Shown: piece by piece, positions 57,714 to 63,438 of the stretch
Layout: each line of letters opens with the position of its first letter
Numbering within the stretch: the first letter of the stretch is position 1
Translations under genes and position numbers: made by a program
Notes under the pieces: model-generated
What the model was told of the DNA's origin: nothing
What the model saw: only the letters and a program-made list of their open reading frames with translations
Databases searched by the model: none
Source of the DNA: Nitrospiraceae bacterium
GTDB taxonomy: Bacteria; Nitrospirota; Nitrospiria; Nitrospirales; Nitrospiraceae
NCBI GenBank assembly: GCA_040510255.1
Contig: JBEVJJ010000033.1
Location: 1-63,438, forward strand
DNA length: 63,438 nucleotides
Direction of reading: 5' to 3'

Positions 57714-60331
57714 GCCCTTTGGCTTTGTGGCGCAGACGCGCGACCGGCCGTTTCAAGCTTCGCCGCAATCTTGTCGAACACATAGGCTTCGATCACGTCA
57801 CCGGACTTGACGTCATTAAAATTCTCGATGGTTATGCCGCACTCATAGCCCTGCTGCACTTCGCGGACATCATCCTTAAACCGGCGAAGCGATCCGATTT
57901 TTCCCTCATACACCACGACGTGATCACGGATCACTCTTGCTCCGGCGCTGGAACGAGTCACCGTGCCATCGATGACATAACACCCGGCGACCAGTCCTGC
58001 CTTCGGGATCGTGAATACCTGACGAACTTCTGCCCGACCCACAACTCGCTCTTTCAGCATAGGCTCGAGCAAACCTTCCATCGCTGCTTTGATATCGGCC
58101 AAGGCGTCGTAAATAATGTTATAGAGCCGAATGTCGACACTCTCGTGTTCCGCGAGCGCTGCCGCTTTCGGCTCGGGCCGGATGTTAAAGCCGATCACAA
58201 TCGCCTTGGAGGCCGCCGCCAGCAGGACATCGGTTTCGGTGATCCCTCCGACGCCACTGTGCATGACCTTCAGCTTGACGGCCCCTGCAGGCATCTTCTC
58301 TACAGCGGCGGCCAACGCCTCCGCAGACCCTTGTACATCGGCCTTGATCACGATGGGCAATTCTTTGACATCCCCTTCCTGAATCTTGGCAAAGAGATCG
58401 TCCAGGCTGACCTTGGCCGATCCGGCCAATTCGGTAGCGCGCTGCTTTTGTGCACGCTCCTCAGCGATCTCACGAGCCACACGCTCATCCTTGACGATGA
58501 TAAACGGATCTCCGGCCAAGGGAACTCCGGGCAACCCGACAACCTCCACCGGTATGGACGGCCCGGCTTCCGTGACCTTGCTCCCCGTGTCGCTCAGCAG
58601 AGCGCGCACTCTCCCGCTGAACGTTCCGACGACGAAGGCGTCGCCGACCTTCAAGGTCCCGCTCTGCACGAGCACGGAAGCCACCGGCCCACGCCCTCGT
58701 TCCAATTTGGCTTCAATAACCAAACCCCTGGCCATTTTGGTCGGATCCGCCTTGAGCTCCAATACTTCAGCCTGCAGCAGAATCATCTCCAACAGTTGAT
58801 CCAGCCCGGTTCCTTGCTTCGCAGAGACCTCCACCATGATCGTTTCACCGCCCCAAGCCTCGGGGATCAACCCATGCTCCGAGAGGGCGTTCTTGACTCG
58901 ATCGGGATTTGCGCCGGATTTGTCGATCTTATTGATCGCCACCACGAGTTGAACACCCGCAGCCTTGGCATGGTTGATGGCCTCCACGGTCTGAGGCATC
59001 ACTCCGTCATCGGCGGCCACAACGAGAACCACGATGTCCGTCGCTTTGGCCCCGCGGGCTCGCATCGCCGTGAAGGCCTCATGGCCAGGCGTATCGAGGA
59101 ACGTGACGAGTTTCCCCTGGACGTTGACCGTGTATGCGCCGATATGCTGCGTGATTCCACCGGCTTCCCCCTCCGCGACCTTCGCCTGACGAATGGCATC
59201 GAGTAGCGAAGTCTTCCCATGGTCGACATGGCCCATGATCGTGACAACAGGCGGCCGCGGCTGTACATGCTCTTCGCCCGCAGTGTTGGCTGCTTCCTCA
59301 AGCAGATCGTCTCCGGCCTTTTCGACCGTGACTTCCACTTTTGCACCATATTCATCCGCAATGAGCGCGGCCGCTTCAAGATTGATGGGTTGATTGAAGG
59401 TCACCATCTGACCCATGTCCATCAATTTCTTCACGACTTCCGCAGGACGTTGCCCGATCAATTCGGCGAAGTCCTTGACACTCACACCCGCCGTTAGTTT
59501 CACGCTTTTCTTTCTCGGCTTCGTAATTTCAGCCGGTGCACTATGGTGTGCGTGCTTGGACCGCTCTTCACGTCGTTGAACCGGAATAGCCCGCAGGTCA
59601 TCCCAACGGGTCGCATCATCCCTGAAGCGTACATCCTCTTCTTCGCGAGGCCGAGGTCCTTTCCGGGCCTTTTTGAGCTTGTCACGACCCTCTGCATCCA
59701 GACTTTCGATGGAAAAGCTCTTTTTCTTTCCGACCGGAGCCAAGGTATCGATGGCCGGAGGCTTGGGCGCGACAGACGGCCCCGCCTTGGCCTCACTGGA
59801 CTCCGTCGTCAGAACAGAGGGTGCGCCGACAGCAGGACCGGCCTCGCCGACCGATACCGGCTCGAGGTGGGCCTGCTCCTCCGTGTTGGTCGCGGCAACC
59901 TTGGTCTCTTGTGCCGACGGAGCAGCCCATACCCCGATCGATGAGCTTGGCTCGCTCGCGGCCATCGGCGGCAATTCCTCGGCAAGCTCATCCTTTTTCT
60001 TCTTGATCAGGATTCGCTTCTTATCTGATTTGTGCGATTCATCCGCATGCGCCGGATGCGCTCTGCTGGAGGTCTCGTGCAAGGCTCCCACCCCTTTACC
60101 TGCCTTCATGACTTTTCGGCTCTCCTGGGGATGGATGGGAGACTCATGGCTTCCGGAGGAATCATCGGGCCTTGCCCTATTCTTCGGTTCAAGTTTTTCC
60201 AACGCGATGCGCACCGCGTCATCATCGAGGGCGCTGCTGTGAGACGCCACGGCAATCCCCAACCGCTTCAGTTCGGGAATGAGATCGCGGTTCTCCATTC
60301 CAAGTTTTTTTGCCAATTCATACACACGCAT
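57710..60331 (-). CDS. infB: Translation initiation factor IF-2
   Basis: [12 protein letters not shown]-terminus and G domain [12 protein letters not shown] / DTPGHEAF / NKID; 873 aa. Confidence 0.97.
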   Translation of the reverse strand: MRVYELAKKLGMENRDLIPELKRLGIAVASHSSALDDDAVRIALEKLEPKNRARPDDSSGSHESPIHPQESRKVMKAGKGVGALHETSSRAHPAHADESHKSDKKRILIKKKKDELAEELPPMAASEPSSSIGVWAAPSAQETKVAATNTEEQAHLEPVSVGEAGPAVGAPSVLTTESSEAKAGPSVAPKPPAIDTLAPVGKKKSFSIESLDAEGRDKLKKARKGPRPREEEDVRFRDDATRWDDLRAIPVQRREERSKHAHHSAPAEITKPRKKSVKLTAGVSVKDFAELIGQRPAEVVKKLMDMGQMVTFNQPINLEAAALIADEYGAKVEVTVEKAGDDLLEEAANTAGEEHVQPRPPVVTIMGHVDHGKTSLLDAIRQAKVAEGEAGGITQHIGAYTVNVQGKLVTFLDTPGHEAFTAMRARGAKATDIVVLVVAADDGVMPQTVEAINHAKAAGVQLVVAINKIDKSGANPDRVKNALSEHGLIPEAWGGETIMVEVSAKQGTGLDQLLEMILLQAEVLELKADPTKMARGLVIEAKLERGRGPVASVLVQSGTLKVGDAFVVGTFSGRVRALLSDTGSKVTEAGPSIPVEVVGLPGVPLAGDPFIIVKDERVAREIAEERAQKQRATELAGSAKVSLDDLFAKIQEGDVKELPIVIKADVQGSAEALAAAVEKMPAGAVKLKVMHSGVGGITETDVLLAAASKAIVIGFNIRPEPKAAALAEHESVDIRLYNIIYDALADIKAAMEGLLEPMLKERVVGRAEVRQVFTIPKAGLVAGCYVIDGTVTRSSAGARVIRDHVVVYEGKIGSLRRFKDDVREVQQGYECGITIENFNDVKSGDVIEAYVFDKIAAKLETAGRASAPQSQRA

Positions 60332-60366
60332 GGCGCTCGACTCGCTTCGCTATCCTGCCGTTACAC

Positions 60367-61518
60367 CTACTGAGGCTGCTCAGCCTGACTTCGGGCCTCC
60401 TCCCGGGCAGCTTCCTGCTGTCGCTGAGCCTCAGTCTCTTCTGCTAAAGCCGCCTTGATTTCTTTGTCTCGCTCGGCCTTTTCTTTTTCGTACTCGGTCG
60501 CACTGATAATATCGATTTTCCATCCGGTCAAACGCGCCGCAAGTCGCACATTTTGACCATTCTTCCCAATGGCCAATGACAACTGAGAATCCGCCACCAC
60601 GACGAGAGCCGACTTCTTGTCCTCGTCGATTCCAACCTTTTCGATGGACGCAGGGTTCAGGGCCTCGGCGATGAAGACGCGCGGATCTAAGGTCCAAGTG
60701 ATGATATCAATTTTCTCTCCCCGCAATTCCCGAACAACGGCTTGGACACGAGATCCCTTGATGCCGACACAAGCCCCGACGGGATCAACCGCCTTGTCGC
60801 GGGACGATACTGCGATCTTCGTTCGATCACCCGGTTCGCGAACGATCGACTTAATTTCGACTATTTTTTCCCCCACTTCAGGCACTTCCATCTCAAATAA
60901 TTTTGCCACGAACTGCGGATGACTTCGGGAGAGAATGACTTGCACGTCTTTGGGCGTACGACGCACTTCAAGGAGCAACGCTTTCACGCGGTCGCCGCGA
61001 CGATAGACCTCCCGGGGTATCTGTTCCTGAATGGGCAGGATGGCTTCGGTCTTTCCGAGGTCAACCAAGTAATTGCGACGTTCCATCCCGAGAATAATCC
61101 CGTTGACCAGGTCACCCTGTCTCGTCGAATACTCCTTCTGGACCGCTTCCCATTCCGCCTCCCGCACCTTTTGAAAAATGACCTGCTTCGCCGTCTGCGC
61201 GGCAATTCGGCCTAATTCGTCCATCTCGATAAGCGACCCGATCTCATCGCCGACCTCCGCCCCGTCGTCGAATTCGCGAGCTTCCCTCAGCGAAATCTCG
61301 GCCTTTGGATTCGTGACCGTGTCGACGATGATCTTTTTCGAGACGACTGAAATCTCCCCGGTCTTCGGATCGATTTCGACTTCGATGTTCTCGGCTTGGC
61401 CAAACCGCTTTTTGGCAGCCGTCTGCAGGGCGGATTCGATGGCGCCAATGACCCTGGCTTTGTCTATGCCTTTTTGGCGACCAATCTCATCAATGACGGA
61501 GATCAATTCTCTATTCAT
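60367..61518 (-). CDS. nusA: Transcription termination/antitermination factor NusA
   Basis: MNRELISVIDEIGRQKGI, then S1 and two KH domains and an acidic coiled tail; no AR1/AR2 repeats. ATG 61518. Confidence 0.95.
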   Translation of the reverse strand: MNRELISVIDEIGRQKGIDKARVIGAIESALQTAAKKRFGQAENIEVEIDPKTGEISVVSKKIIVDTVTNPKAEISLREAREFDDGAEVGDEIGSLIEMDELGRIAAQTAKQVIFQKVREAEWEAVQKEYSTRQGDLVNGIILGMERRNYLVDLGKTEAILPIQEQIPREVYRRGDRVKALLLEVRRTPKDVQVILSRSHPQFVAKLFEMEVPEVGEKIVEIKSIVREPGDRTKIAVSSRDKAVDPVGACVGIKGSRVQAVVRELRGEKIDIITWTLDPRVFIAEALNPASIEKVGIDEDKKSALVVVADSQLSLAIGKNGQNVRLAARLTGWKIDIISATEYEKEKAERDKEIKAALAEETEAQRQQEAAREEARSQAEQPQ

Positions 61519-61574
61519 ACCCTCCACCTCTCATCATCTGCTCGGCAGACGTGCGACACTTCTGTGACGGGCGA

Positions 61575-62060
61575 CTAGAATCCTACCTCCAGCCTGGCAG
61601 TCGCAATGCGCCCGAACTCGAAGCGAACCATTTCCATGATTTTCTTTTCTTCCAATGCCAGTGTCACGACGTGCTCCTCCACATCGACCACCTCGCCGGT
61701 GACTCGCCATTGACCCTTGTGAGCCTCTTTCAGCTTGAGACTGACGCGTTTCCCCTGTACCCGCCGAAAGTCTTCCGGGCGCCTCAGCGGGCGATCCAAT
61801 CCCGGAGACGACACTTCCACCATATACGCGTGAGGAAACGGGTCGACAACGTCCAAGGCAGGATTCAATGATCGATGGGCCTGTTCACAATCTTCAAGAG
61901 TCACGCCTCCCGCCTTGTCAATGAATACTCTGACGATGGTGCGAGGTCCCTGTCCAGAAATAGAAATCTCCACCAGGTTGAGTCCAAGCGACCAGAGAAT
62001 GGGCCGGACGACCTGTTCTATCCGGTCGGTCGCATCCTGCATCCGATCCACCGGTGACAA
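61575..62060 (-). CDS. rimP: Ribosome maturation factor RimP
   Basis: IEQVVRPILWSLGLNLVEI...VEVSSPGLDRPL. The longest ORF starts at TTG 62060; GTG 62051 or ATG 62042 are equally plausible. Confidence 0.88.
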   Translation of the reverse strand: MSPVDRMQDATDRIEQVVRPILWSLGLNLVEISISGQGPRTIVRVFIDKAGGVTLEDCEQAHRSLNPALDVVDPFPHAYMVEVSSPGLDRPLRRPEDFRRVQGKRVSLKLKEAHKGQWRVTGEVVDVEEHVVTLALEEKKIMEMVRFEFGRIATARLEVGF

Positions 62061-62092
62061 GTCCTTTCAAGTCAAACATTCGGGATCCAGCT

Positions 62093-62122
62093 ATCATACT
62101 GAAAGACAAGAAAGCAGCTCAA
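62093..62122 (-). promoter_or_regulatory. Candidate sigma70 promoter of the rimP-nusA-infB operon
   Basis: On the minus strand: TTGAGC (62122-62117), 18-nt spacer, TATGAT (62098-62093). Confidence 0.4.
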
Positions 62123-62148
62123 ACAAAAAAGTGGGCCTGGGCCCACTT
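62121..62148 (-). terminator. Rho-independent terminator after dat
   Basis: On the minus strand: AAGTGGGC-ccag-GCCCACTT (62148-62129) followed by TTTTGTTT, 45 nt after the dat stop. Confidence 0.75.
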
Positions 62149-62193
62149 AAAGCGTCGCAACATACCACGTCATTTACGACCAAAGCAAGAGTA

Positions 62194-63033
62194 TCACATG
62201 GTGAGAGCCGCAAACCGACTCGACAACAATCGACTAATCGGACCAGGCGCCCCCGACCCAATCGGCTTCCCGTTGATCCGGACGACGGGAAGCACCTCCA
62301 CCGTAGTCCCGGTCAGGAATACTTCGGAAGCCGCATGCAATTCCTCCTGGAGTGGATGCTGCTCCACGACCGTGAGTCCCTCGCGTCGGGCCAGATCGAG
62401 CACCAGCGAGCGCGTGACTCCGGAAAGAATGTCGGGGCCCTCGGGAGACGTCATCAACTGCCTGTCGCGCACGAGCAGGACATTGCTCACCGACCCCTCC
62501 GTCACACGTCCGCCCCGCACGAAGATTGCCTCAAAGGCTCCCGCTTCCTTCGCCCGCTGACGAGCGAGGATGTTGGCGAGCAAATTCACACTCTTGATGT
62601 CGCACCGACCCCAGCGCAAATCATCCATCGTGATGGCATCGACGCCGTTCACACGGACGGCATCTGCCAGCGGTTGCATTTCGCGCACCGTCAGCACGAT
62701 CGTTGGTTTTGCATGGGGAGGAAACTGATGATCTCTCGGCGCGGGACCTCTCGTCACCTGAATATAGATCTTGCTCTCCGGATAGGAAGCTTGTGACAGC
62801 GCCTTTGTCACCACCTCATCCCACTCCACCCTGGATACAGGTACCGGAAGCTTCAGCGCCTGTGCACTTCTTTCGAGCCGGTCAAGGTGGGCGGAGAGTT
62901 GAAATGGATGATTGCCGTACGTTCGGACGACTTCATAGACCCCATCGCCGAATTGAAAGCCGCGGTCCTCTATGGATACGACAGCATCGGAGAGCGGAAG
63001 AAATCGTCCGTTCACATATGCGATATCCGGCAC
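62194..63033 (-). CDS. dat: D-amino acid (D-alanine) aminotransferase, fold type IV
   Basis: From memory of the Bacillus Dat sequence: RGFQFGDGVYEVVRTY, IYIQVTRGPAPRDHQFP, LRWGRCDIKSVNLL and VTEGSVSNV. GTG 63033 has a GAGGA SD; the longest ORF starts at ATG 63060. Confidence 0.85.
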   Translation of the reverse strand: MPDIAYVNGRFLPLSDAVVSIEDRGFQFGDGVYEVVRTYGNHPFQLSAHLDRLERSAQALKLPVPVSRVEWDEVVTKALSQASYPESKIYIQVTRGPAPRDHQFPPHAKPTIVLTVREMQPLADAVRVNGVDAITMDDLRWGRCDIKSVNLLANILARQRAKEAGAFEAIFVRGGRVTEGSVSNVLLVRDRQLMTSPEGPDILSGVTRSLVLDLARREGLTVVEQHPLQEELHAASEVFLTGTTVEVLPVVRINGKPIGSGAPGPISRLLSSRFAALTM

Positions 63034-63043
63034 TCGGAAGTCC

Positions 63044-63391
63044 TCACATGGGCCCGGCATCAGATACAGTCACGTCGTACACGTGGCGATCTTCTGCCGT
63101 AAATTTCCAACCTAACCGCTTCTCAAAAAGAATTCTATGCGTGCCGAGCGAGACCGGCTGGAATTCGAAGGTCCGTCTACCCGAATCCACAGCGTTGCCA
63201 TTCGCGATGCGGAGATATTCGTCATCGAGAAGGACGAGGCCGGATGCATGATACGTCGGCACCCACAGTTCACCTCTGGTTCGGTCTTCCCAGAGATGAA
63301 TGTGAAAAGGAACATTCAGTCGCGCCATGAGGACTCGCGCCTCCTGTTCACCGTGCGCCCCGAACCTATCCTCGCTCGTCAATGAAGACAT
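63044..63391 (-). CDS. Hypothetical cytoplasmic protein (weak chagasin/I42-like spacing of motifs)
   Basis: 115 aa with no signal peptide. The loops DRTRGELW, DSGRRTFEF and KRLGWKF sit where I42 inhibitors carry NPTTGYxW, GxGG..F.F and RPW, but they are degenerate. The function call is weak. Confidence 0.4.
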   Translation of the reverse strand: MSSLTSEDRFGAHGEQEARVLMARLNVPFHIHLWEDRTRGELWVPTYHASGLVLLDDEYLRIANGNAVDSGRRTFEFQPVSLGTHRILFEKRLGWKFTAEDRHVYDVTVSDAGPM

Positions 63392-63438
63392 CCTTCTAAC
63401 CGGCGATGCCAGTTTTCATCCCGATGCACCGTCCCTAC

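Noticed and set aside
1-63438. Search for CRISPR arrays, IS elements or transposases, integrases next to tRNA-Pro, toxin-antitoxin pairs, retron/DGR-type reverse transcriptases, and defence-system ATPases or nucleases.
   Set aside because: None of the translated ORFs shows the corresponding motifs, and I saw no regularly spaced direct repeats. tRNA-Pro is flanked by housekeeping genes, so there is no evidence for a mobile or defence island in this window.

Overview
63.4 kb of chromosomal DNA from a diderm (Gram-negative-type) bacterium. It is roughly 90% coding, with most genes on the minus strand. I saw no rRNA, CRISPR array, transposase, integrase or phage gene. Left third: an edge-truncated exported beta-barrel gene, tatB/tatA and a MidA-like methyltransferase. 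Next comes a polyprenyl-phosphate glycosyltransferase trio (GT2, LAB_N, GT39/ArnT-like), convergent with a twin-REC regulator, M1 peptidase, PD40 propeller and PAP2 phosphatase operon, then ftsY-ybeY-phoH. Middle: a ~15.6 kb type IV pilus accessory island (15438-31026). It holds an Ig-repeat protein, vWA-PilY1, a small exported protein, PilX/PilW/PilV/FimT, a ~680-nt ORF-free spacer with a sigma54-like element, PilB, a second GspH/I/J/K-like minor-pilin set and PilD, with a divergent LuxR solo. Right half is housekeeping: rlmB-cysS, dedA, surE, tRNA-Pro(GGG) and merR-ihfA, then a six-gene aspartate-family operon (aminotransferase, hom, thrC, ApgM-like proposed homoserine kinase, lysC, cimA). 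After that come pdxJ-nnr-tsaE-lapA-like-mutS, two tandem exported proteins of unknown function, the rimP-nusA-infB-DUF503-rbfA-truB-rpsO-pnp-M16 peptidase block, and finally dat plus a small unknown gene. The most novel-looking parts are the dual minor-pilin island with its unassigned accessory proteins, the M1/PD40/PAP2 envelope operon, and the two unknown exported paralogues. All functional calls come from motif recognition by eye on the supplied translations and on my own translations; no database search was possible. Where the longest ORF seemed too long, start codons were re-picked from SD sequences, gene overlaps and family N-termini, as noted per feature.
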